NCBI GenBank assembly: GCA_965223855.1
Contig: CBDCXM010000009.1
Coordinates: 1,088,001 to 1,152,000, forward strand
Length of the DNA stretch: 64,000 nt
Direction: 5' to 3'
DNA from: Candidatus Multivoradales bacterium
GTDB lineage: Bacteria > Acidobacteriota > Thermoanaerobaculia > Multivoradales > JAHEKO01
Part shown: one piece after another, positions 43,384 to 53,417 of the stretch
Position numbering within the stretch: position 1 is the first letter of the stretch
Layout of the letters: every line of letters begins with the position of its first letter
Notes under the pieces: model-generated
Databases searched by the model: none
What the model saw: only the letters and a program-made list of their open reading frames with translations
What the model was told of the DNA's origin: nothing
Made by a program: the position numbers and the translations under genes

Positions 43384-46335
43384 CTACCTCCAGTTCACCC
43401 GAACACCGATGCGGTAGATGCGCGGCGACAGCGACTCCGTCAGGAAGTCGGCCGTCGAGGCATCGAGGCGCCGGCGGCGCTGCAGCACGGTGGTCTCGTC
43501 GAACACGTTGAAGATGTCCAGCGAGGTCGAGAACCCGACGTTGCCCGTCGATGCGAACTCCTTCTCGAGTCGCAGATCGAAGGTGGTGATGTCGGGAGCG
43601 CGGAACGAGTCGATCGCGGAGGTGACCTGGACGTTGCGGCTCACGCCGTCGGCGGGCCTCACGTTGTCGAAGTAGGGCAGCGGAGTGCCCTCACGACTGT
43701 AGAGGTTGCCTGCGACGTTGAAGCCCCACGGCTGGTCGGGAGCGATCTGGTACATCCCGTTGAGGTTGAACTGGAAGCCGCTCTCGAGGAACACGTCCTG
43801 CTTGGCACCGGAACCGGCAGCCTGGACGGCGAAGAGTCCGCCGTCGTCGTCGGCCCCACCCTCGATGTTGGTGGGATCGTGGTCGGCGCGGTACTGGGAA
43901 CCGATGTTGTAGGTGCCCTCACCGGAGGTGAAGTACCCACGGAGCATCCACTGGTTGGAGAGACGCTTCGTGAAGTTCACGGAGACGCCCTCGTAGTCGA
44001 TGCTGCGATCGGTGTTCTCGAGGTAGGTGCCGCCCGTCCGGACTCCGGAAGGCAGCGAGTAGTAGGGAACGCTGTACGGCGTGCCGTCGGGGAGAGTCCC
44101 CTCGAGCGTGCCGGCGAGCACGTAGTCGGAGGCGACCGAGGGTCGCGGACCGTCGCCGAAGTCGACCATCTGGCGGGCCGTAGCGGCGCTCGACAGAATG
44201 TCTTCGGTCTCACGCAGGGTGAGCGTGGCACCTGCCACGAACTCCGGCATGAAGGCGTGCTCGACGCCGACGATGAGCTCGGACACCATCGACGGATCGA
44301 GGTTCGGATCCGTGACGTTGGGACTCACGAGCGACGTCGGGTTGTTCGGGTCGAAACCCGCGGCGGCATCGAAGACGAACGGCTCTTCCATGCCGTTCCA
44401 GATGTTGTCGCCGTTGAGGTCGGTGAAGGCGAAGGTCGCGTAGGCGTTGCCGAGCGCGTTGGTGCGACCGATGTTGCCGGTTTGCAGCTGCTCGGGGAAC
44501 TGCGAGAAGCTGCCTCGCAGCAGCGTCTTGCGGTCCTCGCCGAGGGCGTAGGTGACGCCGACGCGCGGCGTGACCGTCTCCCACTCGAAAGGAGCCTGCT
44601 CACCGTTGAACGAGAGCGCCGGAAGGACGTCCGGGAACACCGGATGCGCGTCGACCGTGGCGGCGGAGTTCTCGCCACCCTGGAGGTCGTAGCGCAGGCC
44701 GACGTTGACCGTCAGGTTGCCGGTGCTGATGGTGTCCTGAACCCACGCCGACTCGTAGGTCTGCGCGACCGGCGGGCCGTTGATGCCGCGACGTGCGACG
44801 AAGAGCGGCTCACCGAAGAAGTTCTCGTTCAGGTGGAAGATGTCGCGGCCGGGCCACACGAAGACGCTGGTGCGCTCGAACTCGCGATTGCGGGCGCCGA
44901 ACTTGATCTCGTGCGCGGCGCCACCGGTGTTGAAGAAGTAGGAACCGTCGATCTTGACTTCCTCGGACGGGCGGCTGGAGCCACCGGAGAGGTAGCTGCT
45001 GCCCCAGCCCTCGGCGGCCCAGGTCGTCTCCGGCGCCGCTGTGACCGAACCGGCGGCGATGACCGCCTTCGAGGTCAGCGAGAAGCCGCCATCGACCTTC
45101 GAGGCCGTACCGCCGATGAAGAAGTTGGAGTTCACGACGTGCGTGTCCTCGAGCTTCATGATGGCGGTCGGTCCGCGCTGGTCCCACGTCGTCGGCTGCG
45201 GCCGCGTCGGTCCGGCGTTGCGGCCGAACTTCTGCTTGTTGCCGTCGTTCCACGACCCGGTGAAGGAGTTCGACGAGCCGAGCTGAGCGTTCACCTTGAG
45301 CGCGGTGTTCTCCAGGATGGTGTCGTCGGACTGGACAGCATCCGGAGTAGCGCCGCCGGTGCGGTTCTTGATGTCGTTCGAACCGAACGACCCCCAGAAC
45401 CACAGCTTGTCCTTGATGGCCGGGCCACCGGCCTCGAAGCCGTACTCCTGGACCTGGTTGATGGTGTTGCCGATGAAGCGCTCCTGACCGTCACCGAGAA
45501 TGCCGCTCGACTGGTCGAAGTCCGGCACGTTCTGCTCCAGAGCACCGTTGAAGAAGTTGTCATCGGTGCGCAGGAACCGGGCGCTGCCACGGAACTCGTT
45601 GGTGCCACGCTTGGTGACGAGGTTCACGGAGACGCCGGCGTTCGACTTGGTGACGTCGGTGCCGCCGGTCGTGAACTGCATCTCGGTGAACTGGTCGAAG
45701 TCCCAGTAGCCGGGCGAGGCGCCCACGGCGGCCATGTCGGTCGTCTCGACACCGTCGACGAGGAACGCGTTCTCGTCGTCGGAGACGCCGGGACCGGTGA
45801 AGGTGGACTGCTGCCCACTCTCGTTACCGCCGACGTTGATGCGATCGACCATGACGCCCGGGGTCTGTGAAAGAAGCGACCACGGGTCGCGGGCGGTCGG
45901 GATCTTCTCGAGCTCGACCTGAGAGATCGAGGTGCCGGTCGTGAGCTTGCGCTCGTCGAGGAGCGGGCTCTCCGAGGTGACGGTGATCGTCTCCTCGACG
46001 GCCGGAGCCATCGACAGCTCGATCGTCGTGTTGAGGCCGACGCGGATGCTGACGCTCGGATACTCGATGGTGCTGAAGCTGTCGAGCTCAGCGTTGAGAC
46101 TCACGGTTCCCGGGTCGATCCCGAGAAAGCGTGTCTGCCCCTGAGCGTTGGTGACCTGAACGCGCGGGGCTCCCGCGCCTTCCATCGTCACCGTCACGCC
46201 GGGCAGCGGGTTCCCCTCGTTGTCGATGGTGACGACGAAGAGATTACCCGTGGCCGCCTGCGCGGACGCCATCGAGACGCTGCCGAGCAGCAAGGCGAAG
46301 CCTACGGCCAGGATTTGCCATCTGCTGTGTCGCAT
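43384..46335 (-). CDS. TonB-dependent receptor with N-terminal carboxypeptidase-regulatory-like domain (Oar-like)
   Basis: Signal peptide, LPGVTVT, EETITVTSESPLLD, IPTARDPW, NLVTKRGTN, NVGLRYD, PRIYRIGVRVNW. Confidence 0.93.
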   Translation of the reverse strand: MRHSRWQILAVGFALLLGSVSMASAQAATGNLFVVTIDNEGNPLPGVTVTMEGAGAPRVQVTNAQGQTRFLGIDPGTVSLNAELDSFSTIEYPSVSIRVGLNTTIELSMAPAVEETITVTSESPLLDERKLTTGTSISQVELEKIPTARDPWSLLSQTPGVMVDRINVGGNESGQQSTFTGPGVSDDENAFLVDGVETTDMAAVGASPGYWDFDQFTEMQFTTGGTDVTKSNAGVSVNLVTKRGTNEFRGSARFLRTDDNFFNGALEQNVPDFDQSSGILGDGQERFIGNTINQVQEYGFEAGGPAIKDKLWFWGSFGSNDIKNRTGGATPDAVQSDDTILENTALKVNAQLGSSNSFTGSWNDGNKQKFGRNAGPTRPQPTTWDQRGPTAIMKLEDTHVVNSNFFIGGTASKVDGGFSLTSKAVIAAGSVTAAPETTWAAEGWGSSYLSGGSSRPSEEVKIDGSYFFNTGGAAHEIKFGARNREFERTSVFVWPGRDIFHLNENFFGEPLFVARRGINGPPVAQTYESAWVQDTISTGNLTVNVGLRYDLQGGENSAATVDAHPVFPDVLPALSFNGEQAPFEWETVTPRVGVTYALGEDRKTLLRGSFSQFPEQLQTGNIGRTNALGNAYATFAFTDLNGDNIWNGMEEPFVFDAAAGFDPNNPTSLVSPNVTDPNLDPSMVSELIVGVEHAFMPEFVAGATLTLRETEDILSSAATARQMVDFGDGPRPSVASDYVLAGTLEGTLPDGTPYSVPYYSLPSGVRTGGTYLENTDRSIDYEGVSVNFTKRLSNQWMLRGYFTSGEGTYNIGSQYRADHDPTNIEGGADDDGGLFAVQAAGSGAKQDVFLESGFQFNLNGMYQIAPDQPWGFNVAGNLYSREGTPLPYFDNVRPADGVSRNVQVTSAIDSFRAPDITTFDLRLEKEFASTGNVGFSTSLDIFNVFDETTVLQRRRRLDASTADFLTESLSPRIYRIGVRVNWR

Positions 46336-46469
46336 GTATGGACTCTCCCTTGTACTTTGGTTGTCGTGCCCGACCCGTCTCGCGAGGACGCTCCCCGGGA
46401 GTCTCCGGGTCGATGGGCACGACGGTCACAAGTGCAAGGGGATCGCCACGGAGCCCCTCTTCGCGGCCG

Positions 46470-46517
46470 CTCTGACCGGACTTGACCCTCTCTGACACCA
46501 ATGGGAGCCGCTCTGAC
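46470..46517. promoter_or_regulatory. Helically phased (CTC)TGAC direct repeats upstream of the receptor
   Basis: TGAC at 46473, 46483, 46493 and 46514; CTCTGAC at 46470, 46490 and 46511. Confidence 0.5.
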
Positions 46518-46686
46518 GCGGTTGGCAGCGGAACTGGTGCCCGCAGCGGTGCCGGTCACGGGCGGCTGGGGTGCTTCGAGGAGCCGGAAGCTCCGGCGTC
46601 TTCAAGCCGTTGGACGCGCAATCCAACACCGCGTCCGGCATGCCGGGTGTGGGGGCTCCCGCGGGGAGCCTGCGGTCCCGAGCCGA

Positions 46687-47757
46687 TCAGCCGTCGTGAT
46701 CGACGGTGATCTTCGAGACGCCAGGCAGCGACTCGATGTAGGCGGCGCCGAACGCGAGCGAAGGCGTCTTCGCCCCCGGCTCGACCTCTCCGGCGGCGAC
46801 CCGGCGCGCCGCATCGACCGAAGCCGCAGCGGTGAAGGTGTAACCCTCGGGCACGTCGAAGGTCGCCGTCGCTCCGCGCCGGCGGGCGTTCTCGGCACGA
46901 CCCCAGAGGTAGACCCGGGCCTTGCTGCGGGCTTCGGGGCCCGGCCCGTCGACGCGGCGGCCGATCCACCACTGCAGGCACCGCTTGACCGGCGTCCAGC
47001 CGATCAGATGACGCATCGTCCGCATCCGTGCCGCCCGCTTCGCTCCGCGCGGCGAGATGCCAGTGTAGACCTTGATGTTGGGAATCCCGGTCGAGTAGTA
47101 GGCCGTCGACACGTCGCCCCACGGGATGGTGGCGGTCCATCTCGGGCCGCAGGTGAACTCGATCTCGCGTTGCTCGGCGACCAGCGGGATCGACTCGATC
47201 CTGCCGTCGCGACGCACGGCTCCCTGGGCGGGCAGGCGCTCGATCATCGACTTCATCGTCCCGGCGCTGACACCGCCGCCGTCGGTGAAGAAGGCGAGCT
47301 CGAGCGACATCGCCCGCGGCACCTCCATCGACAGTCTTGCCGCGAGGCAGTCGGTCGGGACGACGTCGAAACCCACGCCCGGCAGCAGCACCGCGTGAGC
47401 CGTCCGGGCGGCCGAATCGCGATTGAGCACCGCCTCGAAGACGTCGATCTCGCCGGTGATGTCGAGATAGTGCGTTCCGGTGGCGAGGCAGGCATCGACC
47501 ATCGGCCGGCTGGTCCACGCGAACGGTCCCGCGCAGTGGAGGACGGCGACGACGTCGATCAGCGCCCGCCGCAGTCCGTCTCGGTCGTCGAGCGACACGA
47601 CCCGTGCCTCGCAGTCGAGTTCGCGGGCGAGTGCCTCGACCTTCTCGCGGTTGCGGCCGGCGAGGATCGGCCGCTCGCCGCGCTCGCACGCCTCACGAGC
47701 CGCCAGCGTCCCCGTGTACCCGGTGGCGCCGTAGATCATCCACTGAGGGCTCGGCAT
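46687..47757 (-). CDS. Saccharopine dehydrogenase-like oxidoreductase
   Basis: IYGATGYTG, LAGRN, HCAGPF, HYLDITGE, GFDVVPTDC. Confidence 0.9.
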   Translation of the reverse strand: MPSPQWMIYGATGYTGTLAAREACERGERPILAGRNREKVEALARELDCEARVVSLDDRDGLRRALIDVVAVLHCAGPFAWTSRPMVDACLATGTHYLDITGEIDVFEAVLNRDSAARTAHAVLLPGVGFDVVPTDCLAARLSMEVPRAMSLELAFFTDGGGVSAGTMKSMIERLPAQGAVRRDGRIESIPLVAEQREIEFTCGPRWTATIPWGDVSTAYYSTGIPNIKVYTGISPRGAKRAARMRTMRHLIGWTPVKRCLQWWIGRRVDGPGPEARSKARVYLWGRAENARRRGATATFDVPEGYTFTAAASVDAARRVAAGEVEPGAKTPSLAFGAAYIESLPGVSKITVDHDG

Positions 47758-47853
47758 CGGGCGATTGTACTCACGGCCCGGACTCCCGTCTGTCATGCGT
47801 CCCGCCTGCTCCGTAAAGCGCCGCCGGCCTTCGCTCGTTTAGACTGAGTCGCC

Positions 47854-49533
47854 ATGATGCGGTTGCGGGTCTTCCCGGCCCAGGGAGAGAACTTCGAGGT
47901 GGTGCTGGACGAGGTCGCCGGCGAGCGGATTCTCGGCCGAGCGTCCGACTGCGACGTCACGATTCCCGACCGCTACCTGTCGCGGCGCCACGCGAAGCTC
48001 TTCGCCCGCGACGGCCGCTGGTGGATCGAGGATCTGGGCTCGCGCAACGGCACCAGCCGCAACGGCAGACGGCTGACCGGCGCCGAGCCGCTCGAGCCGG
48101 GGGACGAGATCGTCGTCAGCGGCAGCTCGCTCACCGTGGGCGGCGGGAGCGAGCGCCCGACGGCGTCGCATGCCGTCTCCCGCGGCCATACGATCTCCAA
48201 CGACTACACGGTCTTTCGCGACGCCTCCGAGGTGCTCGAAAGCCACGCGTCGCTGCCGGAAGCTGACCTGGCGTCGATGCCCGAGCTGCGGACCTACGCC
48301 TCGCGTCTGCAGATTCTCAACCAGGTCCATCAGCTCGTCGCCAACGCCGACACCTTCGAGGAGTTGCTGACGACACTGCTCGAACAGGCGTTCGAGCTCC
48401 TCACCCCCGAGGAGGCCGTCGTCGTCCTGCGCCAGGCGGACGGAGGCTACGAGCCGGCGGCGAGGAAGACCGCAACGGCGGGCGACGAGGAACACCCGGT
48501 CTCGGCGACCCTCGTGCGGGAGGTCGCCGAAAAGGGGATGTCCGCCCTGGTGCTCGACGCCGCCGAGGACGAACGCTTCGCCGAGGCCGAGAGCATCATG
48601 ATGACGGGGATGCGCAGTCTCATCGCAGCACCGCTGACCGACACCGACGGTCCGCTGGGGCTCGTCGCGCTCTCGGCGCGGCTCGAGGAGCGGCAGTTCA
48701 CGGAAGAAGACATGGAGCTGCTCACGTCGCTGGCAGCGGTGGCGGCCCTGAGGATGCGCAACCTCGCTCTGGCGGCCGAGGCGGAGGAACGACGTCGGCT
48801 CGAGCGTGAAGTCGAGCTCGCGCGGCAGATTCAGCTCGGCCTGCTCCCGACGACCCTGCCGGACCTCGGCGCCTTCGAAGTGAGGGGGGGGACGGTCCCG
48901 TCTCAGGGTGTGTCGGGCGACTTCTACGAGGTCATCGACCACGGTGACGGCGGTGCCACACTCGCCGTCGTCGACGTTTCGGGCAAGGGGATCTCGGCCT
49001 CGCTGCTGACGGCCTCGCTCGAAGCGCTCTTCGCCGGCGCGCTCGAGAGCGAGCGGGCACCGGCGCGCGTTTGCGCCGGCGTCTCGCGCCAGCTCTTTAC
49101 CCGCACCCCGCCGGCCAAGTACGCGACCGCGCTGCTGGCGAAGCTCGATCTCGCGAGCGGAGAGCTGCGGTGGACCAACGCCGGCCACAATCCCGGTCTG
49201 GTGGTGCGCTCCGACGGCGCGGTCGAGGAGCTGGGGACGACCGGCCCGCCGCTGGGGCTGCTCGAGACGGCCGACTTCGCGGACGACGCGGTGGGCCTCG
49301 AACCGGGGGATCTGGCGGTGCTCTACACGGACGGCATCACGGAGGCCGAGAATCCCGACGAGGAGGAGTTCGGTCTCGAGCGGTTGCGCGAGACCTGCCG
49401 CGAGCATCGAACGGCCTCGCTGGAGGAAATCGCACGCGCGGTGGACGAAGCGGTGACCGCGTTCGTGGGCGACGTCCCCTTCGCCGACGACCGGACCTTG
49501 GTACTGTTGAGGCGGCGCGCCGAGACCGGCTGA
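47854..49533 (+). CDS. FHA-GAF-SpoIIE (PP2C) phosphatase
   Basis: FHA LGR...SRRHA...DLGSRNGT; GAF region; PP2C VSGDFY, DVSGKG, NAGH, YTDGITEA, DDRT. Confidence 0.93.
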   Translation: MMRLRVFPAQGENFEVVLDEVAGERILGRASDCDVTIPDRYLSRRHAKLFARDGRWWIEDLGSRNGTSRNGRRLTGAEPLEPGDEIVVSGSSLTVGGGSERPTASHAVSRGHTISNDYTVFRDASEVLESHASLPEADLASMPELRTYASRLQILNQVHQLVANADTFEELLTTLLEQAFELLTPEEAVVVLRQADGGYEPAARKTATAGDEEHPVSATLVREVAEKGMSALVLDAAEDERFAEAESIMMTGMRSLIAAPLTDTDGPLGLVALSARLEERQFTEEDMELLTSLAAVAALRMRNLALAAEAEERRRLEREVELARQIQLGLLPTTLPDLGAFEVRGGTVPSQGVSGDFYEVIDHGDGGATLAVVDVSGKGISASLLTASLEALFAGALESERAPARVCAGVSRQLFTRTPPAKYATALLAKLDLASGELRWTNAGHNPGLVVRSDGAVEELGTTGPPLGLLETADFADDAVGLEPGDLAVLYTDGITEAENPDEEEFGLERLRETCREHRTASLEEIARAVDEAVTAFVGDVPFADDRTLVLLRRRAETG

Positions 49534-49578
49534 CCCGTCGAGATCGGTTGAACCAGGCGCGCCGAGAGACATCGACCG

Positions 49579-50061
49579 ATGGACGTTCTCCCCAAGACGC
49601 TCAAGCAGCTTGCCGACCGCGGGGTGAACTACTGTCGCCAGGGTGACTGGGACACCGGGATGGCCTGTCTCGCCAGAGTCGCCGAGGTCGACAACGGCGG
49701 CCTCGAGCTGCCGTCGCTCTTCTATTCCTACCTCGGCTTCGGGATCGCCTATCGTGAGCGCCGGATCCGCGAAGGGCTCGACCTGTGCCGCCACGCCTGC
49801 CGCATCAGCTTCTACGAGCCGGACAACTTCGTGAACCTCGCGCGGACGGCGCTGCTGGCCGGCCATCGCCGTGAGGCCTACAAGGCGATCCAGCGCGGCT
49901 ACGCTCTCGATCCGTCGAGCAACGCTCTCAAGAAGCTCCACAGCAAGCTCGGCTTCCGGAAAGACCCGGTGCTGCGCTTCCTGGCACGTGACAACCCGAT
50001 CAACCGCTTCCTCGGTCGCATGCGGCACGGCATGCGCCGAGGGTCGTCACCGGCTGTCTGA
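49579..50061 (+). CDS. TPR-like hypothetical protein
   Basis: SYLGFGIA, FYEPDNFVNLAR helical repeats; basic tail. Confidence 0.75.
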   Translation: MDVLPKTLKQLADRGVNYCRQGDWDTGMACLARVAEVDNGGLELPSLFYSYLGFGIAYRERRIREGLDLCRHACRISFYEPDNFVNLARTALLAGHRREAYKAIQRGYALDPSSNALKKLHSKLGFRKDPVLRFLARDNPINRFLGRMRHGMRRGSSPAV

Positions 50062-50083
50062 GCCGGTTGGCAGAGTCGGTCCG

Positions 50084-50665
50084 ATGATCGAGTCCTTCGG
50101 TCTCGCCCCGCCTTCGTCCAGGGACGAGGCCCTCGATGCGCTCTCGATCCTCGCCGGGCGGATCGACGAGCTCTATGCCGGCATGCCGATCGAGGAGTTC
50201 CGAGCCCCCCAGGGAGAGCACTGGTCGCCGGAGGGGCATCTGCGGCATCTCGTCAAGAGTGTTCGCGCGGTGAGTTCCGGCTTCTCCAGATCGCGCTGGA
50301 TCCTGCTCTTCTTCGGCCTCTCGCTACGCGGATCCCGATCCTACGGAGCGCTCCTGGCGACCTACCATCAGGCGCTCGCCGACGGTGCTCAGGCGGGTCG
50401 CTACGCTCCGTCGGACCGCGCGATCGACCTCGAGCCGGAGACGTGGCGTGAGCTGCTTCTCGAACGCTGGCGCGAGGCGGGCCGGACCCTCGCCGGAGGC
50501 GCGACGAGGTGGAGCGAGTCGGCGCTCGACAGATATCGCCTTCCCCATCCCGTGCTCGGCAAGCTGACGCTGCTCGAGATGCTGTACTTCACCCTGCTGC
50601 ACAACGCCCATCACGCGGCGCGGGTGACGGAGCGTCGTGGAGGAGACGTGGGAGCGACCGCGTGA
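50084..50665 (+). CDS. DinB-family protein
   Basis: WS...HLRHL, HPVLGKLTLLEMLYF...HNAHH. Confidence 0.85.
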   Translation: MIESFGLAPPSSRDEALDALSILAGRIDELYAGMPIEEFRAPQGEHWSPEGHLRHLVKSVRAVSSGFSRSRWILLFFGLSLRGSRSYGALLATYHQALADGAQAGRYAPSDRAIDLEPETWRELLLERWREAGRTLAGGATRWSESALDRYRLPHPVLGKLTLLEMLYFTLLHNAHHAARVTERRGGDVGATA

Positions 50666-51285
50666 CCCTTCCTCCTCGAGAGGCGCTGCGGCGGCTGCGA
50701 GACGGCCATCGCCGCTATCTCGCCGGCAGCCCCCGCGCGCGGGACCACGGCGCCGACCGTGAGGCGTTGACCGGGCGGCAGCAGCCGTTCGCGGTCGTCC
50801 TCGGCTGCTCCGACTCACGGGTGCCTCCCGAGGTGATCTTCGACCAGGCGCTGGGGGATCTGTTCGTCGTCCGAGTGGCCGGCAACGTCGCTGGCGCTTC
50901 GCAAGTGGCGAGCATCGAGTTCGCCGTCGAAGCGCTGGGCGCCCGACTCATTGTCGTTCTCGGTCACCAATCCTGCGGCGCGGTCATGGCGGCGCTGGCG
51001 AGCCGCGACGAGGCAGGTTCCACCTCGCCCTCGATGGCGGAGCTGCTCGCTGAGATCCGGCCCGCTCTGGGCGGGATCGGAGGCGACTCGGCGGCAGAGG
51101 TCGAGGCGGCAGTGGAGGCCAACGTCTCGGCTGCCTCGCAGCGGTTGCTGGAGCGCTCCGACTCGCTGACCCGGCTGAAAGGGGAGGGGCGGATCGAGGT
51201 CGTCGAGGCGGTCTACTCCCTGGAGGACGGTGCGGTCTCCGGCCTGAACGCCGCAGGGCCCGGAGATTCGAAGCTGGAGATCTGA
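50662..51285 (+). CDS. Beta-class carbonic anhydrase
   Basis: GCSDSRVP, GDLFVVRVAGN, GHQSCGAV. Confidence 0.95.
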   Translation: MTLPPREALRRLRDGHRRYLAGSPRARDHGADREALTGRQQPFAVVLGCSDSRVPPEVIFDQALGDLFVVRVAGNVAGASQVASIEFAVEALGARLIVVLGHQSCGAVMAALASRDEAGSTSPSMAELLAEIRPALGGIGGDSAAEVEAAVEANVSAASQRLLERSDSLTRLKGEGRIEVVEAVYSLEDGAVSGLNAAGPGDSKLEI

Positions 51286-51650
51286 TGGGAGGGCTCCTTC
51301 TGGCCATCGTGCTCCTGGTGCTCGTCGGCGTCGCCCACTCCTACCTCGGCGAGCGCTACATCCTGATCCGGCTGTTCCGCCGGCCTCTGCCGAAACTCTT
51401 CGGTGGCGATGCGTTCACCCGGAAGACGCTTCGGTTCGCCTGGCACCTGACGACGGTGGCGTGGTGGGGACTGGCCGCCCTGATCTGGATCCTCGGAAGG
51501 AGTGAAGAGGGCGCGGCGGGGCTGTGGGTCATCGCCGGCGTGTTCGCGATGCACGGGCTGGTGGCGCTGGTGGCGAGCCGCGGGCGGCACCTCTCGTGGA
51601 TCCCGTTCTTCGCCGTAGCCGTGCTGTGCGCACGAGCGGCAGCCGCATGA
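51285..51650 (+). CDS. Small hypothetical membrane protein
   Basis: HSYLGERYIL..L and TLRFAWHLTT motifs, four hydrophobic segments, coupled to both neighbours. Confidence 0.78.
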   Translation: MGGLLLAIVLLVLVGVAHSYLGERYILIRLFRRPLPKLFGGDAFTRKTLRFAWHLTTVAWWGLAALIWILGRSEEGAAGLWVIAGVFAMHGLVALVASRGRHLSWIPFFAVAVLCARAAAA

Positions 51651-52198
51651 GCCGGCGGATCGCTCTGCTCAGAGGAGTGAACGTCGGCGGGTACAACCGC
51701 CTGGCGATGGAGCAGTTCCGGCTGCTCCTCGCAGAGCTCGGAGCCGAGCGGGTCTCGACCTGGATCCAGAGCGGCAACGCCGTCTACGACGCTCCCGAAG
51801 AGTCCGGGGCCGCCGACCCGGAGACGATCTCGCACGTGCTCGAACGTCGAGCCGGAGTGCGCTCGCCGGTGGTCCTCCGGACGGCGGCGGAACTCGAGAC
51901 GGCACTCCGCGATTGGCCGTGGCCGGAGGCCGAGCCGAACGAGCGCTCGGTGATGTTTCTCGCTTCGCAGCCCGACCCGGAGCGAGTTGCCGCCCTCGAT
52001 CCGCAGCGCTCTCCGCCGGACCGATTCGAGGTTCTCGGTCGCGAGATCTACCTGCGGTTCCCCGACGGGATCGCCCGCTCGAAGCTCACCAACGCCTGGT
52101 TCGACCGGCAGCTCGACACGGTTTCGACGAGCCGCAACTGGCGCACGCTGACGAAGCTGCTGGAGCTCGCGAGGTCGGGAGCGGAGGTCGCCGGGTGA
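51647..52198 (+). CDS. DUF1697 family protein
   Basis: IALLRGVNVGG, TWIQSGN, T.RNWRTL.KL. Confidence 0.92.
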   Translation: MSRRIALLRGVNVGGYNRLAMEQFRLLLAELGAERVSTWIQSGNAVYDAPEESGAADPETISHVLERRAGVRSPVVLRTAAELETALRDWPWPEAEPNERSVMFLASQPDPERVAALDPQRSPPDRFEVLGREIYLRFPDGIARSKLTNAWFDRQLDTVSTSRNWRTLTKLLELARSGAEVAG

Positions 52199-53079
52199 GC
52201 GAGCGCCGGCGCTGCGCGTTCCTGACGATGGCCGACCGGGGCGACTACGTCATCGATGACGACCGGGTCGCCGCGCCGCTCGCCGAACTCGGCTGGGATC
52301 TGGAGGAGCGGGCGTGGGACGATCCTTCGGTTGATTGGGCGAGCTACGCGATCATCGTCGTCCGCTCCACCTGGGACTACCACGAGCGCCGAGACGAATT
52401 CCTGCGGTCGATGGAGGCGCTCGAGCGCGGCGGCGCGGTGCTGGAGAACCGGTTGGCGACGCTGAGGTGGAACGCCGACAAGCGCTATCTGCGCGAGCTC
52501 GACCGCGCCGGAGTCGGAGTGGTCCCGTCGGTGTGGGCGGAGCGGTTGGAGCGGGGAGGGGTCGGGCGTCTTCTCGACGGACTGGGCTCGGAGGAGATCG
52601 TCCTCAAGCCGCAGGTCGGGGCGAGCGCCAGCGGCGTCTATCGGCTCCGAGCGGGCTCGCCCCTCGTCGAGGAGGCGGAGCGCTACTTCGCCGACCGGGC
52701 GCTGGTCGCCCAACCGTTCGTCGAGACGGTGATCGACTCGGGGGAGCTCTCGCTCGTCTTCTTCGCCGGACGCTTCTCCCATGCGCTCTCGAAGCTTCCT
52801 GCGCGCGGCGATTTCCGAGTGCAGGAGGAGCTCGGGGGCCGGATCGCCGGGGTCGAGCCGCCGAAGGCCGCCGTGAAAGCAGCGCACGAAGTGCTGGACC
52901 GGCTCGACGACAGCCCCCTCTACGCGCGCGTCGACGTCGTGCCCTCACCCGACGGTGGTTGGTGGCTGATGGAGCTCGAGCTCATCGAGCCGTCGCTCTA
53001 CCTGCGCACCGACGCCGAGGCGCCGCGACGCTTTGCTCACGCGATCGTCGAGCGTGCGGCGAGTAGGATCGGCCGATGA
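52195..53079 (+). CDS. ATP-grasp ligase (DcsG/RimK-like)
   Basis: [47 protein letters not shown]. Confidence 0.88.
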   Translation: MSERRRCAFLTMADRGDYVIDDDRVAAPLAELGWDLEERAWDDPSVDWASYAIIVVRSTWDYHERRDEFLRSMEALERGGAVLENRLATLRWNADKRYLRELDRAGVGVVPSVWAERLERGGVGRLLDGLGSEEIVLKPQVGASASGVYRLRAGSPLVEEAERYFADRALVAQPFVETVIDSGELSLVFFAGRFSHALSKLPARGDFRVQEELGGRIAGVEPPKAAVKAAHEVLDRLDDSPLYARVDVVPSPDGGWWLMELELIEPSLYLRTDAEAPRRFAHAIVERAASRIGR

Positions 53080-53414
53080 GCACTCTGACGTGGGAGGAGT
53101 TCGAGGCTGTCGAGCTGCGGGTCGGCACCATCGTCGCGGTGGAGGAGTTTCCGGAGGCGCGCAAGCCGGCGTACAAGCTGACGGTCGATTTCGGCGACGA
53201 CGTCGGGCTGCGGAGGTCGAGCGCGCAGATCACCGACCTCTACACCCCGGAGGAACTCGTCGGGCGGCAGGTCGTAGGCGTCGTCAACTTCCCGCCCAAG
53301 CAGATCGGACCGTTCCGCTCCGAGGCGCTCGTCACCGGCTTCTATCGGCCCGACGGCGCGGTGGTGCTGGCGCAGCCGGAGCGTGAAGTCCCCAACGGAA
53401 GCCGGCTCGCCTAG
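53076..53414 (+). CDS. csaA: CsaA/Trbp111-type tRNA-binding OB-fold protein
   Basis: [43 protein letters not shown]. Confidence 0.92.
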   Translation: MSTLTWEEFEAVELRVGTIVAVEEFPEARKPAYKLTVDFGDDVGLRRSSAQITDLYTPEELVGRQVVGVVNFPPKQIGPFRSEALVTGFYRPDGAVVLAQPEREVPNGSRLA

Positions 53415-53417
53415 CCC

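Noticed and set aside
46526-46543. Possible minus-strand sigma-54 site GGCAC-N5-CCGCT before the TonB receptor
   Set aside because: Spacing fits but the TT of TTGC is missing, too weak in GC-rich DNA.
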